Both the position numbers and the translations under genes were made by a program. DNA of 64,000 bases. Source: Rotaria socialis (Eukaryota). The notes under the pieces are model-generated. The model did no database searches and was not told the DNA's origin. It saw nothing but the letters and a program-made list of their open reading frames with translations. Shown here piece by piece: positions 12,601 to 26,199 of the stretch; within the stretch, counting starts at the first letter, position 1, and each line of letters starts with the position of its first letter. The stretch covers positions 248,001-312,000 of the forward strand of contig CAJNYD010000020.1 in assembly GCA_905331295.1 (NCBI GenBank), written 5' to 3'.

Positions 12601-14342
12601 AAGTTTAAAACCAACCAATACGTTGTTTTTCTTTTACATCAACATTAAAAAACTATTCATGTTTCTCAAATCTTTAAAAAATCACATATATAATCTTCTG
12701 TTTACTGTTTAGAAAACATTAATTGTGAATCTACATCGTCAAATATCAACAATCAAATCAATTCTAATTGTTGTCGTGATTCGAAGAATAAACGAAATAG
12801 CTTGTCTCATGAATAAAAGACTGTTAAACGACGTCCCAAACACAAAAAATAACTACATTCATTTCTATTTTATTTTTATCAGTAAGTAAACTTGAATCTT
12901 ATTCTATGATTCTATTTGATTTCCCTGTTACTTCCATTGTACATAGCACTTCCGAATTATAAAATTCTATTCTATCAATAAACGAAAACCTCTTTTAACA
13001 TTTAGAGTTTTATTTCCATATAAATTTAACAAAACAATCTAGCTTTTCAACGTTACGTTACCCTGATACGAAAGCGCCTCACAAACATTGTATGTGTTAA
13101 TACCAGAAACAAAAACGTGACTAAGTCTTTTTTTACTAATTACAATCAAAGATTCAATGTCCCCATGTCACCATAGTTAAAAAAACATAGAGAGAATTGA
13201 ATGATATAAAAACTCACTGTAAAAAGATGCAAGGAGTAATTATCAATATAAAAATTTCTAAGGTCAGATCTAAACGAAAATTCTGTTAAAAAAATTAAGA
13301 AAAAAATTATTCTAAACTCTCCTGCCACGTATATATATACATATTCATCATCAATAGTTAATTGAGAATGATTAGTTAAATAAACATTTTAATACCTGAT
13401 TTAATGTTGCATTGTAACTTTTTCTTTACAAGCGTGGTAATATTTATGATGCCAAGAAAAAATACACATTTTTTCATATTTTTTCGTAAAACACGTTTAT
13501 ATAGTCTATTTTAGAGATGCATTAATCGTCTTATGTTTTCTTTGAAGCAAACAATCATAAAACTAAAGAGAGTTCGTTCTATTTTTTGGCATTACAGACT
13601 TATCTTGAAAGCAATCAACTACTAGATTACCTTCTTCGAAGAATACTGATAGACTGGTTAGTTAAGATAGAACAAGCATTACTGCAATTGCACCAGTTTT
13701 TTCCCACATAGTCAATGAACCATCCTAACGATGAGAACATATCATTCAAGTGATTTTTTATGAGCTCATCTATTTCAGATTTCTTTGCTTTGGGTGTTAA
13801 TAAAAATCTTCAGATCAGGAAAAAGTATTTGACTATATTCCATTTCCTAAGTCTCTGTTTTTCTTCGCTTTTCATAATACTTATATTTAATGAACTTTGA
13901 TTACGATTCATCGTAACTCTATACATAATAGAATGAATACTAAAATATAGAATTTTTTGTTCGTTATGTCTACTACAATTAACAATAAGTACAATATTAC
14001 TGTGTATCTATACTTCCACAGTGTTTAGTTCTAATCTGAATTTATAAAAAAAAGAAACAAAACTACTTTCAATCCCAAGTTATGATATAAGTCTTAACAT
14101 ATAAATCATAATTATCAAAATATCATGATTTTTTCTGGAATAAGTAATTAACTAGTTTTTTACTTACATGATAATATGAAGCTTTTAAATGATTAATGCA
14201 AATGTTCTTTTTGCAAATAAGTATCATGATAGATGTATTGGTAGACACATTTATATTATCACGTTTTGCGTGTTATCAAGAGCGATAGCATGCATCGCTT
14301 TCAAACTCTATGACCTTAGTACTTTTGAAAATTGCAAGTGAC

Positions 14343-14500
14343 CAGTAGTGTGAAACTTGAACCCAATTGAAAGCAGAAAATTTCAACTTTCAACTTTCTA
14401 CTCATAGCGATATATGTATGAGTCACGATTATTCAGAATGCTATTGGTTTAAAAGTTGAAAATTTTCAATTGAATTCAAGTTTCAAGTTTGATATATATG
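14343..14500. mobile_element. hAT-like MITE with 8-bp TSD CAAGTGAC
   Basis: caagtgac at 14335-14342 and 14501-14508; CA...TG termini; inverted aaacttga...aaaattttcaac blocks. Confidence 0.7.
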
Positions 14501-17148
14501 CAAGTGACCTGACTTTTATATGCCTACATATTATGATATACACATCTAACGACTCAACGATTTCGTGATACATAACAATAAAAGTTATATCTACACATAA
14601 GTGCATATTATGAGATTTAATTAATGAGCGCACACTGGTAAGGATAGTGGTTTCACGTAACACTTAGTAGCGCAGTATTGAGTACTGGGAAAGAAACAAT
14701 TACAGTTGCGTGCGAAATATCTACCACATAGTTTAAAAGGTTCCGCTCTTTCACTATCATCATAATGAATAATTGAGAGTCTTGGTAGATCCCGGAAATT
14801 TTTCAAAAGGAAACTATGCGTTTTATTTTCTAAGAGGCAGCATATGAAATCAAAGAGATTATAGACTTCAAGAGGTATCGTGAATTATCTATGAGTATTT
14901 TAAAATGATTAGAGACCTGTAGAAAAACATTTTTCAGAGTCCTTACCAATAATCTCGAAAGTTATCAGAAATAAAATTCATGGGACAAGAAATTTTTCTA
15001 TTACAAGATTTTCTATTCACAGAAAATACTAACTCCTAATTTTAAATATTTATAAAAGCGGAGAGTATTATCTTCAAATATAATAAATAATGACAATTCA
15101 TTTAATTTCATGCTGAACGTAGTTAGTTAATCTATCGCGATGATGAAATCACACAATATATAATATGCATGCATCTACAGATAGGAATAAATAAAATGTT
15201 GTCCATCAGCATTCTTTTTATTATATATATATATATATATATATATACGTATATCTACAGATTTCATTTTCACAATTATTTTCTTTCATAACCAGGCACA
15301 TCAACCTGGTTGAATATCCGTTGGCTTACCATTTTATATTCTGCCTGGAATATAATCGAAAGATAGACAAGCAGTATTTTTGAATCTGGTGTCCTGTCGC
15401 TTTGAAAGCATCTAAATCATCAATTGATCTTTAGTTAGTAGAATTTGTTAAAGTTTACAATATCTATTCTCTTAATTGCCAAGAAAAAGCTATTGACACG
15501 TGATTCTAGTATTTTTTTTGTCATGAAAGGTCTCCAAAAAAATTCAAAACTCATTGAAATTTCTATTAAAATTAACTATTGAATATCTTTGTATTATTGG
15601 CTTTTCTATCAGACTAGTAGCCGATTCAAATCGAAACAAAGATTCTATGGACAACTGTTCCCATTTCAATAGGTTTCTCTTGATTTTCCCTATCAGCACA
15701 ATGCAATACTTTCAAAACTGGTTTTCCGATCATGACCATTACGCACAACGAAAGACTCAAAATCAATGGTTGTTGGTTGTCTTGTTTTCATGTCATTATT
15801 GATTACTTTCTGTTTGAAAAAATGAGATGAGTAATCGTATAAAAACTGTGCATTGCATTCAATAATAGAATAGTATCCATCGACTATGATTGTTTTTATT
15901 CTCAAATTTCTTATTTCAAAGAATAGAATATAATACATTCTATTAATTAAAATTAGGTGACGTAAACACAATCAGTGTAGACTGTCTGGAGTATTCTTTC
16001 AAATAATTCATTAATTTTCTGCTTATGTTTTGAACATCAGAGTAGAGAATTGTGAGGCTATAATGATTTCATATTGATACGACACCATCATATTTCTCTA
16101 TATGATACGATAGATTGTTTATTAACGAACATATTCATTAAAACATTCATTTGAGATCGCAAAAATTTTCGACGATTAAATCAAATAAGAATGAAAAAAA
16201 TTGTTTTGTCTGACGAAGTCAGAATATTCTGAAAGATCAGTGAAACTATTTATTAAAAAAATATTTCTTTATACTCGATTATCTTTTCAATATCTGTTTC
16301 AGTCAGCATTATAATCACAGCAATTCCGAAGAGAAAATATCGGTAAAATCTATTTCGAAGTGATTCTAATTTAATGATTTTCTCCTAGTGGAGTAAAAAA
16401 TATACTTTAATTGATCGGTAGCAAATACGTTTGATAAATAAAAATTCACTCTATAACTTGTACTTCATTAAATACAACAAATTTATTTATTTAAACGCAT
16501 AAGTCCAATATTATACAATTAAAGATCCTAGAAAAAAATTGATCGAAGTATTCTCGAAATATGTAAACTATTAGTTTGATGTAATTTTTTTGAAAAAAAA
16601 TGCACCAACGCCGGGACTCAGTTTCATTCAAAGTTGACACTCTAGACTTTCCAGAAATGTTGAAGATTTTTGTTGCCAATATACGTTCAATCCGGTCAAA
16701 TTTTTTGTATCTCTATGTATTCAGCTTTGATCGATCTTTGAAGCGGGGCTTTTAGATTACGTCTAGCATTTAAGAAAAATGTTAAGTTTGTACTCAGTTT
16801 TCACCAAAGCTTTTCAGATCTTCCAAATTCTTCACAAGTTAAGAACAAAATCTATTTCTACGATGAATTAAAGCAAATAAAAATGAATACAAAACAACAC
16901 AAAGATTTGTTCTAATTTAACCGGCAGACACACCGAAAGCCTTCAATCTTTGCCTGAGTTACTGTGATCTCAATTAAGTTTAGTCAAATAATTGGATTTG
17001 TTGTATGTTCAATTCTAACCCAAAGGTTTTCCTATTAAATATCTACAAAAGAAAATATATTAATAATGTAATTAGATGACTTGTATCCTTCCGGATGTTG
17101 ATATAAATATAACCAGAAAAAAAAACAAGATTACACATGTTGCGAATA

Positions 17149-17201
17149 CCGGGCCATTTTTTGCAGTAAACCGCCAATTTTCATACGGTTTTTTACTTGG
17201 G
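17149..17201. mobile_element. Possible 53-bp internally deleted CCCAGG-family remnant
   Basis: ta|CCGGGCC...ACTTGGG|ta. Confidence 0.3.
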
Positions 17202-19125
17202 TACTACTTGTTTTACTCCTAAAATCTTGTTTTTCAATATATTCTTTCAACAAATTTCTATAGGCTATACTGGTAAGGACACCAGACAAATTTAAATGCA
17301 TAAATTATATAATATACTAGATTTTCGTATTTCTTGTAGTTTGAAAACTTCTAAAATCTTGTCAGCAGAATATTTCGTTTTCTAGAAGTTGTGAAGAAAA
17401 GTTTTTTATTAATTTTCAAGATTTTTTCAACGAGTTGAAATACTATTGCGCGATCACAACTGAACCAATCAGTTACAACCATACACAAGAAATGTTTTGG
17501 TACCCAGAGCAATTGACAATCCGGATATCGCACTGAAATAAGGAAATAATAAGATTGAATGGGCGAAAGGAATTAAGTAATTAGGCTATGTATATACCTT
17601 CACCCTAGGTACTAGTGCTATAATCTAGACAGCAATGCTCAGAATCCTTCAAAAAGTGGCAATGACCAATTTTTTTCGTTGAAAAGGCTTCCTTCAACTC
17701 TTACATGATGTCAGTCTTTGTCTAGCCTTTTCTAGTATTCGCTGTGAACCAAGAGAAAGATTTGAATGAATTCTACACCGAATGTTTGCGTAAATCTATG
17801 TTCTTTATGCACTATAATGATTAAGAGAGAGTTTCGACAGAACTACCATAAATATATCATTTATAATTTCTATTTCGTATCGAATATGATAGTGTTGGAT
17901 GATATATGTACAGCTTGTCTAGATTTGATTAATAAAATATTCGTGAGATTTTCACAAAATGAAGTATTTATTTGATGTTCTTCATTGTTTATGTGAAATA
18001 ATATTATATGAATTCTAAAAGATCCTATTTTATTATACTTAGTCAAGGACTAACTATCTAGGTTTTCTTGTATAAAATTCGAGGCGCTGGATTAGTTAGC
18101 ATTTAGCAAACCCTAAAGACTTATTTTTGGAATCTTCTATTTGTTGACAATAGCTGGAAGAAAAAGTCGTCGAATAAATAATCTAAAAACCTTTTTTTTA
18201 TGTATTACAATCGTCTACGTAGTTATTGTGATAATTATGGGTGTACTTTCTGATAGAAATGATGTGAATGTACATGATTTTAGCCTTCGTTCTAATCATT
18301 TATATTATACGATGGTCTCATTTTCATAGAAACCACACACACACTAAATCGTCTCATTCTATATTTGTAAAGTTGCCTAAAATCACGAGAAAGAAAAATT
18401 GAGAATATTTCTCTAGTAGAATAAAAACAAATATGAAGACCTTAATCGTTTTTCTAATTAATCTTTTATGAAACATACGCTAAAAACAGACTGTTGAGGT
18501 ATATAGGGTAGAGATTCGCATCTATCGTTCAATGACCGTGACCGATGGTATCCAGGTAGGGACAATCACAGACCAAGACACGCATTCTCTAGAAAATAGT
18601 TTCATCCTGTTCCACATTTCAGTACCACAGGAATTACGCAAACAGCTTCTTCAAATCCGTTGGCTTATTCAGGAATTGTTTCATCGATTTAGCATATAAC
18701 CTTTTTTTTCGCTTTCTAACTCGAGCTCGAGATTCTTGTGCTTTATGATATTGATATACATGATCATCTTTTAAACGATGAACAAGCTCGTATATGTGAA
18801 GATGAAGGCAAAACATAGTGGACATTCAACAGTTGTTGTATCTTTCCACCACATTATTAAAAATTGTAGTGAGGTATCATTCTCCCTAGTTCTATTTACA
18901 TTTATCTTAATTGATACACTAATAAGGCCCAAGTATAGAATGGGAAGAAATAGCTTGGGAAACCGTATAGAACTAGTCAGAGGTAGACCCACACATTTAT
19001 CTGGAAAGCCACAAGAGAGGCAAAGAGAAAGATGAAAAAACAAGCGACGAAGCAAGAAAACAGAGAAAAACAGTCCACGGTCAATGCGATAAACAATAAT
19101 GAAAGAAGACAACTGCGTTGAAGTA

Positions 19126-19483
19126 CCCAGGTCGTTCATTCCTACAGCTGGATCCAATCGGATCTGAAAACTGGTTACGTCGGATCTTATATGAAAACCC
19201 ACGAGAATCGACAGATTCCGGGTTTCGGACCGAGATTCGGATCCACAGGATCGGAATCCGATACATATCCGATTGTATCCTACTCTGTGATCCGATGCGC
19301 CAAAAAATCTTCTATACTTAACTTCTAAGAAGCTCTTTTGTACTAAATAGAATTTTGATATTTTTTAAAATTCTTCCGTCGGATCCGTCAATAGTTCCGA
19401 AACCCAGAATCCAACTGGATTTCCTCTGTTAGTAGGATGTTTTAGGATCCGATAGAATCCGTCGTCGGATTAGTCGACCTGGG
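19126..19483. mobile_element. CCCAGG-family MITE
   Basis: CCCAGGTCG...CGACCTGGG termini; flanks ta/aa (one mismatch); ggatcc/atccga subrepeats like the copy at 12284. Confidence 0.8.
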
Positions 19484-21611
19484 AAGTCATGTTTATTTTA
19501 AATATTAATATTTTCATCCTATTTACATTTATTTTACTATAAATTAAAGTAAGCGATTCTATTTCTTTCTGATATTCCGTTCCCATCACACGAATAAAGA
19601 AGAGCGACATGTTGTAGTGTTCAAGAAAATACATATGCATAATCGTTCCAAATCCAAACTGTGTAGGATATCTTAGGACAACGTTTTCCTAAATGGATTC
19701 GTACTAAAGCGCTTTCCAACTCAGATTTTGATGAGTTCTAACAAAGGCATATGTTTTTGCGAGTGAAAAGCACTCATATCCTTTCCGAGAACCTTAAAAC
19801 GACACAAAATTATGTCGTACAAAATTCCGTAATACTCGTTCTGATGCTCCGTGAGGGCCTATCCAACATGCATACACGCATTGGCAATTAGGCCTGCATG
19901 CGCTTCATTTATAATGAACATATTCTGAACGTCGAGTCACCAAGAAAGTTCCTACTTCTGCTATAGAACTTTTAGCCATCCGTCTAGAATACCTCTATCG
20001 ATTTGGAAGGATTTATTGCTTATTTGATTCAATTGGGTCATGTTTTGCCCAACTCAATGCTAGATTTCTTGATTACCACGAAGTATTTGATTTCAAGAAG
20101 AAAGTGGATCTACGATTGTCTTCAAACTCCTACATATAAACCCCTTTTCAGAATGAGAGTTTTGTGGAAGAATTCAATGACTATCTATTTACATAGAGAA
20201 TTTTAAAGACTCTTCAAAAACTCGCTTTCATTGGGAAATCATCTAGCTGATAAATCGCGACACAGCTTAAGACTAGATGGTATTCGAGTTTCACTCGTAT
20301 ACGAAATGCGATGCGAAGCAAGAATCCGTATCTCCTACGAAAAATCTTCAACTGATAGATATTAAATAGTTTTTATATAGCCATTATGCAATTCATCACG
20401 AAGAAAATTCTATTCTTACTTAGCGATCTATTCTTACTGATTGATTTCGATTGATCGATTAATTATCTCCATGATTCATTATCATAGATCAGCTGTAAAT
20501 GAATAGACTATAGTGACTAACATATGTTCATTACGTCACTTTAATTATCTCGCCACAAATTTCTTTCATTTTTGTCAGTTTGGAAATAAATTTCTGGGAG
20601 AACAGAACTTCAGATTGAAGATTCTAAAACAGATGTTAAAAGTTCGATCTCGATACTTCCATCTGACGTTTTAACTACTTTTCTACGATTTTGTGTTCTA
20701 GAGATCATCGCATCACAAAACAACAAAAAAAATGCTTACGTCGAGAAAACAAAGAAAAAGAAAACACGCGACGGACTACAGTAATGCAATGCTTCGCATC
20801 GTATTAAAAAGAACCAATAAATACTGAACTAATTAGGGAGTTTTAGAATGTCCGATGTGATTTATTCAACGAGAGAGGTTTCAAATTGATAGAGCACGTC
20901 AAAGTCTACTTTTAGAACTCTTTATATTATTCGCAAACACTGCTAAGTTAATTGCAACAGGTTTTCCGAGATTCAGATGTTTTTGGACGCGTGGTTTTGT
21001 CATGTTTCGAGAGGAATAATGACTTTTTCTCTGAGAAACAAGGTATGGATATAATATAGCTCATGAAGATCTAGCTGACGAGCAGGTAGCCTAAGTTGAA
21101 GAGTAGTTTAGTGCGAATTCATTCAGGAAAAACTCATATTCCAGCCTAAGATATTTCACGTATATAAATTACAGAACATAATATTCATATTTTTTAAATG
21201 TTTAAGTAATTATAATTTATATTTATTGTAAAATAGCGAATCTGTCAAAAAACGTTTTCATTTATTTTGAATTAAGAGAAAAATAATACCCCTAATTTAC
21301 ATAGTCGATAATGGCACTCAATCAATTTTTCTGTATGTTTCCTAATGATGGATTCTGTTCCACGCATTCTGCTTGGAAAGAATGAATTAAAATATATTGT
21401 TCATGAAATAGATTGCATCATTATTTTTGTTTGAACGATTTATTATTAAAATATAGAATACCCCATTCATTTACAACGTGCAATAAAAATTATTCATGAA
21501 AAATCTGTAGTCTTTCAATTTCCTACATAATATTAATATCAACCCAAATGAAATAGATATATTTTCTTCTCTCTTTTTTTAATGTTTTGTTGATTGAATA
21601 TTCTTGAAGAT

Positions 21612-21930
21612 CCCAGGTCGTGGACGTACGGCGGGAAACGGCCGGAAAGCACAGGAAAGCGCTGGAACGTGGAAGCAGTATTCCAGTTGGAAGTTACCGG
21701 ATTTTTTTCTTGTAGATTCCGATCAACTTCCAGATGTAAAACACAGAAAACTGACCGGAAAACACAGGAAACTGACCGGAATCCACAGGAAAAAAATCCG
21801 GTAACTTCCAACTGGAATACTGCTTCCAGTTTCCAGTGCTTTCCCGTGCTTTCCGGCCAGATACGGTGATTTTTCCGCATCTTTCCGGCCGGTGCCTACA
21901 GTATCCGTCCTCCGGAATCATTGACCTGGG
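21612..21930. mobile_element. CCCAGG-family MITE, 2-bp TSD AT
   Basis: at|CCCAGGTC...GACCTGGG|at; internal inverted repeat ggaagcagtattccagttggaagttaccgg. Explains the spurious ORFs at 21539-21921. Confidence 0.9.
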
Positions 21931-21969
21931 ATATACTACATAGTCCTTTCAAATTGATCTCATCTAAAA

Positions 21970-22965
21970 ATGTCTTTATCCAACGAAATAAAATTAGGAA
22001 TACTTATTACATTCCAAATTTCATCAATAGTTTGTCATATTTTTAATTTTTAATTTATCATTGAATATTTAATCGACAACTATTGCAAGCGCTACATAAT
22101 CATATCATGTTAGTATTTTTAATCTTCAATTGTTTATTTATAACCATTGATCTATCAATGACAGATAGTTTTCTATGAAATGAATCTGTCGTAGAAGGTA
22201 CTGTAAATTTTTGTCTAGCATGGAATGTAATTGATTCGTTTCTAACAAATGTACTAGTACTTTTAATGGCATGGGCATCGCTTGAACGTCATTGATTTGT
22301 TTTTTATGATCGCAGTATTTAACAATAAAATTAAACGTTTTATCTTTCACTATATTCCAATAAGTATATTAATTTTTTATGCATTTGTTTTCTATATGAA
22401 TGCTGTTGTTATTAATCCAAATTGTTCCAATAGAGAACATTTTAATTACAGCCAACAAGTTTGCGATCGAGCATATTATATATATGAAAATATAATTTTA
22501 TCATCAATTCATTTGCTAATACATAAAATCCTATGTTCAATGCTTATATTTATTTTCAATTCATTTTTATTAATACGTATTTTTCATCAAAGAAAAAGAC
22601 GCAATCAAATCATAAGATGGCGAAAACATAAAAAAATGATAATGTAAACTTTATCATTATCAACATTTTATGTTATTGGCATATTACCATCGGCTATCTC
22701 TGAGACGATACATATATTCGGAAGCAACAGAAATGAACACGAAGAAACGTTATTACAAGAAGAATTATTTTTATATCTATTTTATTTTATTTCTTTCATT
22801 ATACCTTTTGTCTGTTTAATGAATTTGCCAGAAATTTATGTTAAAATACCGTTGGCACATTATCTGCACCGTATACCACATGCAGTATCTCAAATAGCAC
22901 ATACAGTACGTCGAAATCAGATTGACATCACCGCTTTAAATACTGGATGGAATGATACCAAGTAA
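21970..22965 (+). pseudogene. Intronless class A GPCR pseudogene
   Basis: Translates to LQALHNH..., FCLAWN, LMAWASLERH, HYIP, WRKHKKMIM*, PFVCLMNLPE. Contains in-frame stops (e.g. 22645-22647) and frameshifts. Confidence 0.8.
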
Positions 22966-24341
22966 ACCAAGATGAACTTCACTTAAATGCATAAACGTTT
23001 CAATTGCATTTTTTAAATTAAAATTCTTTTCATGTTTATTATTATATTGTATTAGTTTTCTGAAGAAAAAAATGATTAGTATGACATGTTTCATTTCTGT
23101 TCGGTGTCAACTTAGAACAAAACATAAATTATCAATACGTAACATCTGATTCATTTCTTTTTCTATTAGTATTCTTGTGTCATTTTAGCTGTATGATAAT
23201 AAGCAAATATCTAAGGAATGTAAACATACTATTCGTTTGGTTGCATTTTAATAACAGGAATGTCATGCACCGCTAATATCTGGTCTCACCTCAAAATAAG
23301 GAACAGAAGAGGAAGTAAATTCAGCATACATATATTTATTTATTTATTCACAGCAATACGGAAAGCAAATGTATCGAAGTTAAACTACAACATTATAAAG
23401 ATTAATAATAGAAAAATTAATCAAAGAAAGTATTGGCTCACTAGCTAGAAGCATTTATTGATACATATGAATGCTTCAGATGCTTTAATCATGATTTGAA
23501 TATTTCTCGGAAGTTGCCAAGAATTCATAATCATTAGTCAAAGTGATATCGTAATTTAAAATCACAGCAGCGAAAAATATTAACACACGAATCTTTCTAT
23601 TTCAATATTATTTACGTAATACTACCTGTGGCTTTTTTTCATTCATTTTGGAATTCATTCATTTCAACATCGTAATTATATGAATAAGAGCTATTACTAT
23701 GAAAATAAAAATCATATTTTTTCGGGACTAGATCGCAACAAACGTACCACTCATGAAGCGATATCGATAATATTTCATTGTTAATATTTCGATTCTTTGA
23801 TTGTTAAAATATGTTTTATTAGTAATTCATCTTACAGTAATGATAATACTATGTCAAAGTAGATTTTAATTCTTAATCATAGGTAATCTCAGTCTATCAC
23901 TTTATTCAACAAGTTTATTTTTTTTTGTATATTTTTTACATGGATCCAGTTGCATTTACAAATATTTCTAGAGAAATCAATGAAAAATATGGAATTAATA
24001 AATAAAAAATTATAATGCGATATCTTTGAAAACGATGGAAGTTTTTAAACGATAGAAAAACAACTTAAAGTCAAATACTAAATACATCTAAATAAATTTC
24101 GACAAGTAAAACATGTGAATGAGAAATACTTATACATTCATTAGAATTTATATTTCCTATTAAAAAGTCTTCTTAAATATAGAATCAATGAAATAATACA
24201 ATATTCATCTGATAAGAAAAAGACAGGCATGAAGCACATATGTTGATCCAGATTATTGATAGATTCGAGACAAATCTGATTATCATATTCATAAAAGAAC
24301 CATTTGGTAATCATTTGACAATTGCTCGTTATTGTAATCGG

Positions 24342-25766
24342 ATGATAGGACAAGCAATAATGCATACATCAGTACCTTTACTGAAATTCGACAATCAAGG
24401 TGATGTTGCTATAATTCAACCAAGTAAAACTTTTTATTTTCATCTAAATATAAATTCCATGACCGCTGATTTGTATTTAAGAAGAAAATAAATCTTATTG
24501 GCATTGTCTATGTCAATTTACAAGACATCTATTACATCAAATCAGTTTAATAGGTCTTGTTATTGTGTATCTTATATGTGGTGGCTTGCTGTTTACATTT
24601 ATTGAATCGGAATATGATTTAGAAAAAGATGCTGAACGAGAAAAATTAATCCGTGAAACATATCTTCATATACGTATATTAGCTATTAATTTATTAAATG
24701 AACAATTAAATGAAAACTTTGAAACTGCTTATCAACAATGGCGATGGGACAAAGATAAATCGTCGAATTATATTTATTTAAATGAACAACGAGTCAATAT
24801 GTTGGATAATCAAACTGCATTTGAATTAGAAAATCTATCGATGGGTTTAGCTTTGCAACAAGCTGCCGGAGAAAAATTTGTCTATAAATGGACGTATCCA
24901 ACAGCAATATTATATGCAGCAACATTAGTAACAACGATTGGCTATGGAAATATCTCACCTAAAACAATATGCGGAAAATTTTCTACAGTTATTTGTAAGA
25001 CTATATTTAAAATCCTTTCAAATTTGAGTGTTTTCCTTTTGTTTTAGATGCTTTAATGGGTGTTCTGTTGGTTGTTTCATGGTTAGAATTAGTAGGAGAA
25101 TCCTTAGCCGTGTCAGTAGCACATTATTATCAACGTTTAAATCGATTTGTTCGACGATATTTAAAAGGAAAAACGAAGCCACTGCAAGATAAAGTAAGTA
25201 TGATGAAAAGTTTTTCGATCTTCTACGAAGTCATCGTAGCACTTGTATTGAGTTGGAACAAGTAATAAAAATGACAAATACGATCTCTTATCAATATTGC
25301 ATCGGTTTCGTTAACGATATCAATGCATTTATGTACTTTTTTGTAAATATTGATTGATCACTATTAGAATTTGTGGACAAAATAATAACTCAATTAGGAT
25401 TTTGTTTTTCTATAGATTTATCAACATGAAAATGTGCCTTTCTGGGTACCAGTAACTCTTTTAATTGTTTATCTTCTTGCTGGCTCTCTTCTTTTTGCGG
25501 CATGGGAAGGATGGTCATATATTGATAGCGCTTATTTTTCATTTATTACATTTACTACAATTGGATTTGGTGATTTCGTTCCAGGTGAAACGACCATTAG
25601 TCATCGAAGCGGACGATCATTGATCTGCGCTTTTTATCTATTATTTGGCGTTATGCTCACGGCATTGAGTTTTAAATTAATACAAGAAGACATTGATCGG
25701 ATAAAAACAAAGCTTCTTCAACGTCTTGGTATTAAACAAATAGATTTCTCAACGATAAAGCAATGA
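24342..25766 (+). CDS. Two-pore-domain potassium channel (K2P/KCNK, TWK-like); exons 24342-24423, 24482-24994, 25048-25193, 25416-25766
   Basis: Two pore loops (TTIGYGN, TTIGFGDFVP), four TM segments, in-frame GT-AG introns. The first exon is less certain. Confidence 0.92.
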
Positions 25767-26199
25767 TACACATCAAACTACTTTCTTCATCGATTGGCTC
25801 CTCTTCATAGCGACAGAATAGACAAGATATTCTTTCTCTCTCTTTTTTTCTTTCACTTCTTTTCTATTCACTCCCACTAATATATAGTGACACAATCCTT
25901 GTGGAGTCACTTGTGCAAAGGAAAGAAAATGCATGAAATATCATATAGGGCCGAAAAAGATCTGACAAACCGCTAGAAGAAGAACGAGAGGAAATGAATG
26001 CGCAAAAGAATGTGAACAAAAAAAGAGAAAAGCGTTTTTTCTTCTGCCTATATTAGTCAACAATAAATACTACACGGGCGGAACCTCTTCTTTTTTCTGC
26101 ATTATTCATTGGATTCTCACGGTGATGTTTTTATTGTGACTACATACATATATTATATATGTGCAATAAATTTTAAAAAATCTTATTTTATTAGAAATA

